Positions 1 to 9,750 of a DNA stretch of 57,863 nt are shown here, in pieces (position 1 is the stretch's first letter; every line of letters starts with the position of its first letter). A program made the position numbers and the translations under genes. This DNA comes from Pseudomonadota bacterium (lineage in GTDB: Bacteria > Bdellovibrionota_F > JAHFAK01 > JBDREC01): the NCBI GenBank assembly GCA_043820105.1, contig JBDREC010000034.1:1-57863 (forward strand), read 5' to 3'. Below the pieces are notes generated by a model, which saw only the letters and a program-made list of their open reading frames with translations, searched no databases and was not told the DNA's origin.

Positions 1-177
1 ATGTGTATTTTGAAATATTTTCTAAATCAGGTAGACCTGTAGAAGTTATTCAGATAAAAAGGACCGAAATTATGCATTCTTACTGGCTCTGCTTTTGCCG
101 CTCCTTGAACCTCTTCCTCCATTTTTGATACTTATCTTTCAAGAGTCTTGGTGCCAGAGCAAATAATTACATTAAAT

Positions 178-1080
178 TCATATAATCTTTTCTTTTAAAA
201 TACTGATAAAAGCATATTCAACAAGCTCTGGATGACCTCTATCATAAACATAAGTTACATTTTCATTTCCACACGGCATATCAAGCCATTCACTATTGTA
301 GTTATTTTCTTTTGTAAGTCCTGGAAGCTGAGGATAAATGTCTTGCCATAAACAGGCTGCAATATCTAAAGAACAGTTTGTTGTTACCCAATGGTGACAG
401 TTTTGAATGTTTCCCCTTGTTACAATTAAGCCAGAAGCAATATCGCAAGTTGTAAAACCTGATAAAGGTGCAGAAATATAACCTAAAACAGGCATTTCAA
501 ATCCGTTAATTGGACTTGCAACTGTATTTACAGATATTCTATCAAAAATGGATTCGTGAATATTAAATTTTTTGGATTTATACTTTAACTTTTCTATTGC
601 TTTTAAGGCCAATACGCCACCTGCTGAATATCCAATAAGAATTATTTCTTTTTTAGGATAACGCATTGCCAAGAATTTCAATGAATAAGCAAGCCTATCT
701 GTGTTAAAAGGTGTTGGTGCATGAGCTGAATAAGTAAAAAGAAAAAGGCCAAATTTGTATTTAATTTGCTCTTCAATTATTGGTAACAACTCCTCTCCAT
801 CTAAAAAATCGAGTCCCTGGATTATAAAAAAAACAGGCAAATTATTATCTGAAACCTCATTGATTCTTACAAGTCCCTTTTTAAGCTTCTTTAATTCAGA
901 TACTTTAGAGATCGTATCAAGCTCATAAAAAGATTTTGAATCTGTTTTATATAAATTTAGCATTAATTTTTTATCGATAAGTTGTGACCTAAAACTTTTG
1001 GCTATTTCTTGCCCTTGACTAGATGAAAAAATAAATAAATTAAAAAATAATAACATTAAACAAATAGTATATCTATGCAA
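178..1080 (-). CDS. Secreted alpha/beta-hydrolase (lipase/esterase-like)
   Basis: N-terminal hydrophobic signal; nucleophile elbow IILIGYSAGG, downstream VASP..G motif, C-terminal GH. Confidence 0.7.
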   Translation of the reverse strand: MHRYTICLMLLFFNLFIFSSSQGQEIAKSFRSQLIDKKLMLNLYKTDSKSFYELDTISKVSELKKLKKGLVRINEVSDNNLPVFFIIQGLDFLDGEELLPIIEEQIKYKFGLFLFTYSAHAPTPFNTDRLAYSLKFLAMRYPKKEIILIGYSAGGVLALKAIEKLKYKSKKFNIHESIFDRISVNTVASPINGFEMPVLGYISAPLSGFTTCDIASGLIVTRGNIQNCHHWVTTNCSLDIAACLWQDIYPQLPGLTKENNYNSEWLDMPCGNENVTYVYDRGHPELVEYAFISILKEKII

Positions 1081-1539
1081 TTTGACACCAACAATTTAAA
1101 AATAATAAATAAATTTAGATGTGATACAAGAAATGTACCTAAATACATTGGAAACCAAGACAACCATCTAAATGCTTGTTATTATTATCCATTTCCCAGC
1201 TTGCCTTTAAAATACCTTAAATGATTCTAGTGCCAAAATATCCTCTTGATTATTCTTTTTCATCTATTTAATTTGAAAACATGGCAATTTAAAGGAGTGA
1301 TCAATGTTATTTATAATTGTTTTGATGCTGTCTATTCTAATTAAACTGATCTTTTACTAATTTTAACAATACATCATTACTTTTTAGGTTTATAAATTTA
1401 AAACTTTCTTTAATCTGAAATTTATTTCTAGAATTTGGAAAACATTTAGCCTCATGAAAATGTCCTTAAGGGATTTTTTTTAAGAAAAAGGAATAACAAA
1501 TCAGAAACTTATATTTTATTTTTAAATACAAATAACTTT

Positions 1540-1555
1540 TGGAATACAATTTGCA
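1540..1555 (+). promoter_or_regulatory. sigma54 -24/-12 promoter TGGAATACAATTTGCA
   Basis: GG-N10-GC with TTTGCA, ~50 bp upstream of the ATG at 1606. Confidence 0.7.
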
Positions 1556-1605
1556 GTTAGCATTTTATATCTTCAATTTTAAGAAAGAAATGCATGGGAG
1601 TAATT

Positions 1606-1920
1606 ATGAAAAAGCAATTAGCAAATATTATCTTCTTGGGTTTGGTGTATTTATTTTTTTGGAATAGTTTATTGGCTCAAATTCCATATAATCCACATAA
1701 TTTTAATCTTGGTTTGCACAAGGTACAAGTGTTACCGCTATCTGAATTTAATCCAAATGATCCTTTAATCGATATTGTTTATAACGCTTCTGATCCAATA
1801 CATGAGGAGTATAAAGTTGTTTATTACTATGATTCTAGAATAATTATTTATGCAACTTACCCCTTTATGTATTTCCAGGATACAAAAAGAAAATCCTTTA
1901 ATCCAAGGTTTATAAATTAA
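1606..1920 (+). CDS. Small secreted protein, VLP(L/I)SEF family (paralogous to 15289 and 15560 ORFs)
   Basis: GGGAG RBS before ATG 1606; signal peptide; VLPLSEFNPND motif. Confidence 0.65.
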   Translation: MKKQLANIIFLGLVYLFFWNSLLAQIPYNPHNFNLGLHKVQVLPLSEFNPNDPLIDIVYNASDPIHEEYKVVYYYDSRIIIYATYPFMYFQDTKRKSFNPRFIN

Positions 1921-1936
1921 ATAAAAGGAGCTTGAG

Positions 1937-2491
1937 ATGTTTAAAATTAAGATTTCTCTTATCTTTTTTATATTTACTCTTATTTACATGCATGCAGCAT
2001 TTTCGGATGTTATAGAAAATAACTATGAAGGTTTAATTAAAGATGAAAAATATTTGAATTTAGATGATTTTCTAAAAGGTGCTGCTTTAATTGAAGCGAG
2101 TTCAAAATTGCAAAGGGAAGAATATAAGAAAAAAATTATTATCATTTTTAATTGGGCCACATGGTGCCCCTATTGTAAAACAAATACAGGTCATTTAAAA
2201 AAAGCCATGGAAAAATATGGGGTAAAGGGATTGAGAATTATTGCCATTAACCATGATAAGGAAAGCCTAGAAACTGAAAGCGTTAAGAAATTAATAAGAA
2301 ATTATTTAGAGAAATATAATGTTACATGGCCCAACCTTGATGCCAGATCCTTAATGGAAAACAATAGTTTTAAAAGTCTTAACATAGATTATATGCCATT
2401 TACTGTAATTTTGGGACAGGACCTTCGAATTTTATATGTTCAACCTGATCTTAAATACATTGATGCCATATTAAAAAGCATATTAGGATAA
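1937..2491 (+). CDS. Exported TlpA/ResA-like thiol-disulfide oxidoreductase
   Basis: NWATWCPYC CxxC motif, signal peptide, AAGGAG RBS. Confidence 0.85.
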   Translation: MFKIKISLIFFIFTLIYMHAAFSDVIENNYEGLIKDEKYLNLDDFLKGAALIEASSKLQREEYKKKIIIIFNWATWCPYCKTNTGHLKKAMEKYGVKGLRIIAINHDKESLETESVKKLIRNYLEKYNVTWPNLDARSLMENNSFKSLNIDYMPFTVILGQDLRILYVQPDLKYIDAILKSILG

Positions 2492-2495
2492 TCTT

Positions 2496-3992
2496 ATGAG
2501 TAATTTATATATAATGCAAAATGAACACGATATGATAAGAAAAGAGCTATTCTCAAATATTGGTTTCATAACTCTTTCTGTTACTAATCTATGTAATGGC
2601 GCTTGTAAATATTGTTACATGCCTATTGTAGATAAAAAGCGAAAATCTGAATTTTTAAGTCATGACTTATTAAGGCAAGTATTAAATGCTATTCTTGTTA
2701 ATAATTTTGATAAAAAAAGAGCCCTAAAGCTTCAGTTTTTTGGAGGCGAGCCACTTCTAGTAGGTCTTGATTGGTATAAGAAAGCACTTCCTATAATCAG
2801 AAATATTGCGAAAGAGTCAAATATTGATATTGAGCTTGTCGTGCAAAGTAATTTTATCAATGTGAACCGTGAGATAATTGAGTACTTTGAAAAAGAGGAT
2901 ATAATTTTAAATGCAAGTCTTGATGGGAATTCCAAGCTTCATGATATTCTAGCATCGTCAGGTGAAAGAATAATAAAAAATATTAAACTTTTTTATAATA
3001 TAACAGGCAGAGCACCCGGCATTATAACGGTTCTTGGCAAGCATAATGCTTCTGCAGTTGAAGAAATATTGGAATATTTTATCAAAGATCTGAAGATTGA
3101 TTCGATAAATGTACTTTTTTTACATAATAAAAAAGTCTTAACTGATTCCTTTGAAGCAAATAGTGATGAAATGCTAGCTTGTTCTTACAAAATTCTAGAT
3201 ACAATGAAAAAGCAAAAAGGGAAGTTTATTGAGACTAATTTAAAAAGGTATCTTTTAATGTATTTTGACCATGATTATAACGAGGAGGAAAGATCAAAAC
3301 GCAATTGCCATTCTTTTTACTGTATGGCTTTTAGAAATATGTGTTCAATATTTCCTGATGGTGAAATTTTGGGATGTGATGCAATTAATTCTAACAGAAG
3401 GCAAAGAGGTCTTTACATTCAAGATTTTTATAAAGATCCTAAATATTTTTCAAAAGCTTATAATAAAATGGCCATATCATTTCATGAAAAAGGAGAAGCT
3501 TATTCAAAGTGTTTAACATGTTTTGCATCAAAAATATGCTCATTCAATTGTCCAGGCTTGAATAAAAACTATGAATATCATGAAAAGATGTGTGAATATA
3601 CAAAAAAGCTTTTTAAGTATTTTGAAATTAACAGAAAAAGTTTAATTAGTCTTTATAATATTATTAAAGACAAAAATTTAAAGATTAATAAAATGCAATT
3701 GGATGATGCCCTTAAAGATACTTTAGTTAATGTTGAAGATAAAAATAAAATTAAAAATGCCCTTAATTATTATAATAATCAAAATGAAGCTATTTTTAAT
3801 GAAAAATATAGAGTTAATGAGCTTATAAATCTGTTCACAAAGCTTGATTCAGCAAAGCTTATAATTGAAAAACAGACTAAAAATAATGTTTTTATTAAAT
3901 CAAGAAACAAAAGATTTATTTATAAACCAAGATCTTTGGAATTATATAAGGTGGATCCAAAAACTTATATGGAGATAATTTTATCAGAATAG
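2496..3992 (+). CDS. Radical SAM/SPASM peptide maturase
   Basis: CNGACKYC (CxxxCxxC), FFGGEPLL, SLDG; SPASM cysteines CHSFYC..DGEILGC and CLTCFASKICSFNC..C. Confidence 0.9.
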   Translation: MSNLYIMQNEHDMIRKELFSNIGFITLSVTNLCNGACKYCYMPIVDKKRKSEFLSHDLLRQVLNAILVNNFDKKRALKLQFFGGEPLLVGLDWYKKALPIIRNIAKESNIDIELVVQSNFINVNREIIEYFEKEDIILNASLDGNSKLHDILASSGERIIKNIKLFYNITGRAPGIITVLGKHNASAVEEILEYFIKDLKIDSINVLFLHNKKVLTDSFEANSDEMLACSYKILDTMKKQKGKFIETNLKRYLLMYFDHDYNEEERSKRNCHSFYCMAFRNMCSIFPDGEILGCDAINSNRRQRGLYIQDFYKDPKYFSKAYNKMAISFHEKGEAYSKCLTCFASKICSFNCPGLNKNYEYHEKMCEYTKKLFKYFEINRKSLISLYNIIKDKNLKINKMQLDDALKDTLVNVEDKNKIKNALNYYNNQNEAIFNEKYRVNELINLFTKLDSAKLIIEKQTKNNVFIKSRNKRFIYKPRSLELYKVDPKTYMEIILSE

Positions 3993-4026
3993 AAAGTTGA
4001 TTATTTTATCTTCAAAAGGAGGTTTT

Positions 4027-4236
4027 ATGTTTAAGAAAATTAATTTTAATAAAAATTCATATCTGGCTCTGGCTGATTGGGACAAGTGTCACTCTCAATA
4101 TACAAAAGAGCATTCACAAAGTGGAGATTCTCATAAAGATTCCCATAGCAAGGCTAAATCTTGTCCCCACAGCCAGAATGCAAGTCAGGCAAAGACTTAT
4201 AATCCATATAAAATGGCTCTGGAAGAGCTCGTATAA
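4027..4236 (+). CDS. Putative RiPP precursor peptide (69 aa) with repeated H-S-Q / aromatic-X-X motifs
   Basis: AAAGGAGG RBS before ATG 4027; lies between rSAM/SPASM and ABC exporter; WDK, HSQ x3, YTK, HKD, HSK. Confidence 0.75.
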   Translation: MFKKINFNKNSYLALADWDKCHSQYTKEHSQSGDSHKDSHSKAKSCPHSQNASQAKTYNPYKMALEELV

Positions 4237-4285
4237 ATATTTGAAATTATGCCCATGATTTTTAACTTAATTTGTTGTCTAATAA

Positions 4286-5959
4286 ATGGAAGCATTTAAA
4301 AGAATATATATTTTAATAAAGCCTTTTGAAAAGAAGATACTGTTCTATTATTTCTGCAGTATTATTATGATTATATTCTATGTTCCAATACCTATGTTTA
4401 ATAAATATCTAATTGATGATGTGTTGATTAAAAAAGATTTTAATCAACTATTATTTATTTTAATATTAATCTTAGCCTTTAAAATAATTTCAAGCCTTTT
4501 AAATAGTCTTAATTGTTACAAACTAGATAAACTGGCGGTAGCTATAAATATTTATACAAGAAAAAAACTTTTGTCTAGAATCTTAAGCATAAATAATAAT
4601 GTTTATAGAGCTTACAGTGGAGGTGACCTGATAGCACGGTTTGACAATGGGCAAGATGCAGTTATTTCATTTATTGAAGTTATTTTATCTAATATTGTAA
4701 ATCTAATTTATGTAATTGTTTTGGTTTTCATTCTATCTTATTTAAACCTTAAGCTATTTATGCTTGGAATGATATTGCTACCTTTGGAAGTCATTTTATC
4801 TATAAAAACAAAAGTTTTATTTTCTAAGTATATACCAAATATAGAAGCTAATAATGGGAAATGCAAAAATATTCTGCAAAAAATAATATACAATTTGCCG
4901 GAAATTAAAGGTTTTGGTGGATCTAAATATTCTTATAATAAATATAGTCTCATATTAGGTGAGTCAGGAAAATATAGCCTGATCATGGATAAAAAAACAA
5001 ATTTGCTTAACCTCTACAAAGGAATTGTCAAAGCACTGGCTATTGCTATTTACGGGTATTTTGGATGGTCTAGTGTAATTAATAATCAAATGACTTTAGG
5101 AGCTTTTGTTGCTTTTACAACTTATCTTGGATTTATCTATGGACCTGTTAAGGGCCTTTTGGATTTTATAAGTAAAATAGAAGGAGTAAAAATAAAGGCG
5201 GAGCGTTATTTTGAGCTATTAGCTTACAATAAAACCAGAGAATCAAAAGTTGGGTATTTTTGCTCTTCCGGAAACCTTAACTTAATAAGAATTTCTGAAC
5301 TTTCATTTGGATATAATAAAAATGAAATGATTTTTTCAAACCTCAATATGGATTTGCATTTAAACGGAATCACGGTAATCTGGGGTAAAAGTGGTATTGG
5401 AAAAACAACTTTATTGAATTTGATATATGGCGGCTTAAAACCTGAATCTGGAAAGATTGAATTCTTAACAAAAGAAAATAAATTGTGCTTTAATAAACCC
5501 TGTGATCAAATTTCTTATGTTACCCAAAAAGCAGTATTATTGCCAGCGTCCATTTATGAAAACATAACACTAAGCAGTACTATAAATAATGAAAAGATTG
5601 ATAAATGTAAAATTGCTTTAGAAAAAGCGGCTTGTGAATTTGTTAATGAGCTAAAAGATGGGATTTTTACTGAATATGATAAAAGTGTGGATATCTTCTC
5701 GCAAGGTGAAATACAAAGAATAAGTCTTGCAAGGATTTTTTACAACTCTAAAAAAATAATTTTGATTGATGAGCCAACAAATAATCTAGACTCAGTCCTT
5801 TCAAATAACTTAATTGCAAATATTAAGCAATCATCATTGAGTTTTCCTGTTATTATGGTCACTCATAATCAGGATCTTTTAAAATATGCCGATAGGATAA
5901 TTGAAATTAAGAAAAATGGGGTTATAAGTGTTTATAAAAATCCAAACAGGGGTCTTTAA
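4286..5959 (+). CDS. ABC exporter (TMD+NBD), no C39 peptidase domain
   Basis: N-terminal TM helices, Walker A GKSGIGKTT, signature FSQGE, Walker B IILIDE, H-loop VTH. Confidence 0.92.
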   Translation: MEAFKRIYILIKPFEKKILFYYFCSIIMIIFYVPIPMFNKYLIDDVLIKKDFNQLLFILILILAFKIISSLLNSLNCYKLDKLAVAINIYTRKKLLSRILSINNNVYRAYSGGDLIARFDNGQDAVISFIEVILSNIVNLIYVIVLVFILSYLNLKLFMLGMILLPLEVILSIKTKVLFSKYIPNIEANNGKCKNILQKIIYNLPEIKGFGGSKYSYNKYSLILGESGKYSLIMDKKTNLLNLYKGIVKALAIAIYGYFGWSSVINNQMTLGAFVAFTTYLGFIYGPVKGLLDFISKIEGVKIKAERYFELLAYNKTRESKVGYFCSSGNLNLIRISELSFGYNKNEMIFSNLNMDLHLNGITVIWGKSGIGKTTLLNLIYGGLKPESGKIEFLTKENKLCFNKPCDQISYVTQKAVLLPASIYENITLSSTINNEKIDKCKIALEKAACEFVNELKDGIFTEYDKSVDIFSQGEIQRISLARIFYNSKKIILIDEPTNNLDSVLSNNLIANIKQSSLSFPVIMVTHNQDLLKYADRIIEIKKNGVISVYKNPNRGL

Positions 5960-7332
5960 TGTTTCTTAAAGCTATATCAAGCAATTTAACAAAAGATTCC
6001 CTGCTAAAAGATCTTGAAATTAGCTGCCTGTTTTTGAGTAATAGTTATAATTTAATACAACTTAAAAATTCATTTATTGGCATTGCAAAAAATTATTACA
6101 AGTTTAAGTCTTATGAGGAGATAATATATTATCATTCTAAAATAACAAGCTATTTGAAAAAAGATAAACTCTTAATTAACACACTACTTAAATCAGAAAA
6201 ACAAAATCCTCTGTTTTTAAGTTTGAAACTGTCATTACTCAGCGCTATATATCAGTATATAAACAAGAAACAATTTATATTTTTTAAGAGCGATAAAATT
6301 AAATATAATGCTTTGGAAAAGGCAAAAGTTGTTGATGTAGTGGGTTTTAGCTATGATATAAAAAAACTTTTAAAAAGCCAGGACCTGATTGAATTAAATA
6401 TTATTGATAACACACTGAAAACCAAGAAATCATGTCTAAAATCCTTTATAAGTGAGCTCAAGAAAAACTTTCCACAAAAGAAAATAAATCTTTATGAAAA
6501 TTTAAAAGCCAAGAAAAGCATGAAGTGTGATTTCGCCATAATAACAGCTTCTACTATCTGCAACAATACTATTGATGAGACTTTAAGTTATTATGATGGA
6601 ATCGAAAAAATTTTGTTTGGTATCAGTGCAAATATACTAGCACCCCAAATTGAATCTAATAAAATCATTGCTTTAGAAACTATAGAAATTCCAAAAGATA
6701 TTATTTATTTGGCAATGTATAATTACCCTGAGTTTAATGGATTTTTTGCACAAGATTTGAATAAATCAAATTATATAAAAAAAGATGACTTTAAAGCTTC
6801 AATAAACGCTGAAATAATTCATTCTGCACTTATTGATTTTAATGCTTTTAAAAAAAAGGATTTTAATAAGACTATTTATAGTCTAGATAACCTTGAAGTC
6901 TTTTTAAAAAAAATAAGCAATAAAGGATTTATCTTTCATGGAAGCACAAGGTTAATTGGTGGTAAATTGAAACCAAAAATCTCAAATGATCTTGAAAAGG
7001 AAAGTGGAAACAGAAAGGCTGTATATATGACTTCTACACCTCAAGTGGCTCATTTCTGTTCTTTTATTAGTGGTAAAGCAGTTGGTTTGAGTGTGCATAA
7101 AACCTCTCGCAGTTTTGATCTGCATAAAAACAAAGAATTTGAAAATTCAATTTTTAGTGTAGAGTATTTAAACAAGCTTGCAATATCTGGTTTCATATAT
7201 ATCTTTCATGTTACACAAGCAGATGAATACTGCAATGGAGAATATCTATCGTATAAGCCTATTGAACCTCTTGCAACAATTAAAACTAGCCTAAAAGATT
7301 TTAATCACAAAATACGTGAAATTTCTACCTGA
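5959..7332 (+). CDS. DUF364 (Rossmann-like) protein fused to a C-terminal Arr/ADP-ribosyltransferase-like domain
   Basis: CDFAIITASTICNNTIDETL resembles DUF364; C-terminal FHGS..KP..AVYMT..GFIY..EYLSYKPIEP resembles the ART fold; start overlaps the ABC stop (TAATG). Confidence 0.55.
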   Translation: MFLKAISSNLTKDSLLKDLEISCLFLSNSYNLIQLKNSFIGIAKNYYKFKSYEEIIYYHSKITSYLKKDKLLINTLLKSEKQNPLFLSLKLSLLSAIYQYINKKQFIFFKSDKIKYNALEKAKVVDVVGFSYDIKKLLKSQDLIELNIIDNTLKTKKSCLKSFISELKKNFPQKKINLYENLKAKKSMKCDFAIITASTICNNTIDETLSYYDGIEKILFGISANILAPQIESNKIIALETIEIPKDIIYLAMYNYPEFNGFFAQDLNKSNYIKKDDFKASINAEIIHSALIDFNAFKKKDFNKTIYSLDNLEVFLKKISNKGFIFHGSTRLIGGKLKPKISNDLEKESGNRKAVYMTSTPQVAHFCSFISGKAVGLSVHKTSRSFDLHKNKEFENSIFSVEYLNKLAISGFIYIFHVTQADEYCNGEYLSYKPIEPLATIKTSLKDFNHKIREIST

Positions 7333-7581
7333 ATGCTACATACTAAATTTGAGTATTTAATTTTATACTTATTTAGTTTTCGATATAAAGTGGCTCTTGA
7401 AATATATAATTCTTTTTGAGTTTTTAGCCTTTAATCCACAGCTATTTTCTGTAATGACCTTATTTGAAGATCTTTTGTTATTTTTAGAGGCTTCTATCTT
7501 TTTCTTTTTCCAATATTTATGATGTAAGCAAGCGCTTCAATTTGATTAATTACTGTTGTTGCAAGATTTGCTTCATAAAAA

Positions 7582-8499
7582 TTATTCGTAATAATCGTTT
7601 TTCCAGTAATTAGATTCAAAAGGTGATCTTCTCTCAATAGTCTTTTTACCAGGAATCGGACAACTTTGTGCAGCTTTCCATGAGTATCCAAAATAATCAT
7701 AGGAATGATATAGCATTGGACATGCTGCTTTTAAATGAGTTACACTATCATAATCATTAACCTTCATTCCAATTATGGACCAGTCGCCACATAAATAACC
7801 AAAAAATACCGCGCCATTTCTGAATTTTTTTAAAGACCTTTTATCATCAATTATCAAATATTTATCTGATAGATGCTCTTCGTATGAAACATTAAACTCA
7901 CTGTGACTAAATTTGGAGTTCAACTTTCCACCACTAATACTTTCCACTGTTATTCCAGCCTCTAGATCTGGATTTTGATCATCATCCTTTTCATATCCAC
8001 CCAGAAGCCAATATGCTCCATTTCTCCAGCTTTGGTGGAAACTGCTTCCTTTACATAGGCATCTCCAATTAAAAGTTTCCAGGTAAAAGCTTTTATCCAA
8101 CTTAGCAAAGGCAATCCCTGAATAACTATCAATATATCTTTGAGTTATTTTTGCACCACCATGAGGACTTGGTTTCTCATCATTTGAATCTGGCCAAAAA
8201 TATTTTCCTCCTCTATCTTCTATGCATTTTGTTGGCACTATTATCAAATCACTATTAATTAAAGCTGCAGAACATATAGGTGTTGATGAACTTATATTGG
8301 AGCCAGTTACTTTTCCTATTGCTTCCACTGGAGGATCATCTTCAATATACAAATTTTCCGTAATTGTCATTGCATCAAAGTTTGAATCCATGGAAAACGA
8401 TCTCCTGGGCATATCATTCATTGGACAAGGGTCAGCCCATACAAGGCTTAAAAACGCCAAGTTAAAATATATTGTTGTAAATAAATTTATTCTTCTCAT
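7582..8499 (-). CDS. Secreted trypsin-fold protein with degenerate catalytic motifs
   Basis: Signal peptide; AIGKV..CSAALINSDLIIVPTKCI in place of TAAHC; no GDSG. Confidence 0.55.
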   Translation of the reverse strand: MRRINLFTTIYFNLAFLSLVWADPCPMNDMPRRSFSMDSNFDAMTITENLYIEDDPPVEAIGKVTGSNISSSTPICSAALINSDLIIVPTKCIEDRGGKYFWPDSNDEKPSPHGGAKITQRYIDSYSGIAFAKLDKSFYLETFNWRCLCKGSSFHQSWRNGAYWLLGGYEKDDDQNPDLEAGITVESISGGKLNSKFSHSEFNVSYEEHLSDKYLIIDDKRSLKKFRNGAVFFGYLCGDWSIIGMKVNDYDSVTHLKAACPMLYHSYDYFGYSWKAAQSCPIPGKKTIERRSPFESNYWKNDYYE

Positions 8500-8518
8500 T
8501 AAAGCCTCCTATTTTTTA

Positions 8519-9748
8519 TTAATTATAACTCAATGTAATTTTATGAATTTGATTATTTGAATTATCTAAAAAAACAATATACGGTTTGCATATGTTCTTT
8601 TCTTCCTCCGCATTTAAACTAAAAATAATCTTTTTAGATAAATCTATATCTTTTTCAAGTTTAACCTCATCGCTAACGCAAGAGTTTAATATGAACTCTA
8701 TTTTTTTTATATTTGGAAGTGGTTGGATTGAACCATAATTAGTAATATTTGCTTCTTGAAATTTTGATATGATTAATTTTTCAGCTTCCTCATTTGATAA
8801 TATTACATTTAGGGTTTGCTCATTATATTCGTATATTATAGATGGTTCATAAAAATAAACATCATCAGTAGTATTAATATTCAAATCATTTGTTCCTGAT
8901 TGATATAAGTTGATATTTTCTGAAAACAACGTATCTTCTTTAAGATATGTTTTAAACAAATTATGATCTTGGATTGTGTAATCTATCTTGCTTATTTCAA
9001 ATTCCTTTGAATTTGATGGATAAAATACATAGTAGCGATCATTAAAACCCTCAATTGCAAATATATTTCTAATAATATTCTGCTTTTGAACTTCAATATG
9101 TGTTGAAATAATTTTTGCCAAATCATAAGATATAAGATCTTTCAGAGCCTCACTTGAATTGCGCAGCAATGATTCCAGTGTAAATTCATCTTGATCTTTT
9201 AAATCTACAACAAATTCAGAATTAGAAAATTCGCTAAGACCATATAAATTCTCCTCAAAATATTCTAGATCAAACAGAACTTCATTTTCTGTAACTTTAT
9301 AAATTCCATAGATATTTGCATCATATATAAGACTATTTGATTCATACTCTTCAATATAAAGATCAAAATCCATTTCTTTTTTATTTAAATAGATAAAGGA
9401 AATAATAATGTTTTCATTATTACTATTTATCTCTTCACTTGCTTTATAGAACACATGATTATTTTCCTCAACTAATGCAAGTTGATAAGCTAAAAAATCA
9501 TTCCCGGGTGCTTCTGGTTCTTCTTTTTCTTCAATTTGATCGCCTTCAGGAGTACTTTCTTCTTCAGGATCATTTGCTTCCAATTTTTCTTCATTAAGAT
9601 CACTGGGTCCTTCGTAAAAAATAATTTGCTTTTTTTCAGATGACTGTTTTTGCCTTACATTTTTTATTTTCATGGACTCATTACAATTAATAAAGAGAAC
9701 CAAGAAAATTAAAAAACTAAAATAAATACCTATTTGTTTTATGGTCAT
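8519..9748 (-). CDS. Acidic putative lipoprotein, paralog of 28798..30663
   Basis: Lipoprotein-like signal (FINC); DDVYFYEP motif shared with DDVYYYKP. Confidence 0.6.
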   Translation of the reverse strand: MTIKQIGIYFSFLIFLVLFINCNESMKIKNVRQKQSSEKKQIIFYEGPSDLNEEKLEANDPEEESTPEGDQIEEKEEPEAPGNDFLAYQLALVEENNHVFYKASEEINSNNENIIISFIYLNKKEMDFDLYIEEYESNSLIYDANIYGIYKVTENEVLFDLEYFEENLYGLSEFSNSEFVVDLKDQDEFTLESLLRNSSEALKDLISYDLAKIISTHIEVQKQNIIRNIFAIEGFNDRYYVFYPSNSKEFEISKIDYTIQDHNLFKTYLKEDTLFSENINLYQSGTNDLNINTTDDVYFYEPSIIYEYNEQTLNVILSNEEAEKLIISKFQEANITNYGSIQPLPNIKKIEFILNSCVSDEVKLEKDIDLSKKIIFSLNAEEEKNICKPYIVFLDNSNNQIHKITLSYN

Positions 9749-9750
9749 AC

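Noticed and set aside
30..177. Possible IS end and transposase C-terminal remnant at the window start
   Set aside because: Only a short basic reading frame, with no partner inverted repeat visible
1202..1217. Minus-strand GG-N10-GC upstream of the hydrolase
   Set aside because: The -12 element reads AGGC rather than TTGC; too weak in AT-rich DNA
1304..1360. AAAGGAG RBS plus an 18-codon hydrophobic ORF (MLFIIVLMLSILIKLIFY)
   Set aside because: Too short to support; may be a signal-peptide relic
4027..4236. His-Xaa-Ser (HxsA) system precursor
   Set aside because: The motifs are H-S-Q/H-K-D/H-S-K rather than H-x-S, and the paired HxsB/HxsC rSAMs and HxsD are absent
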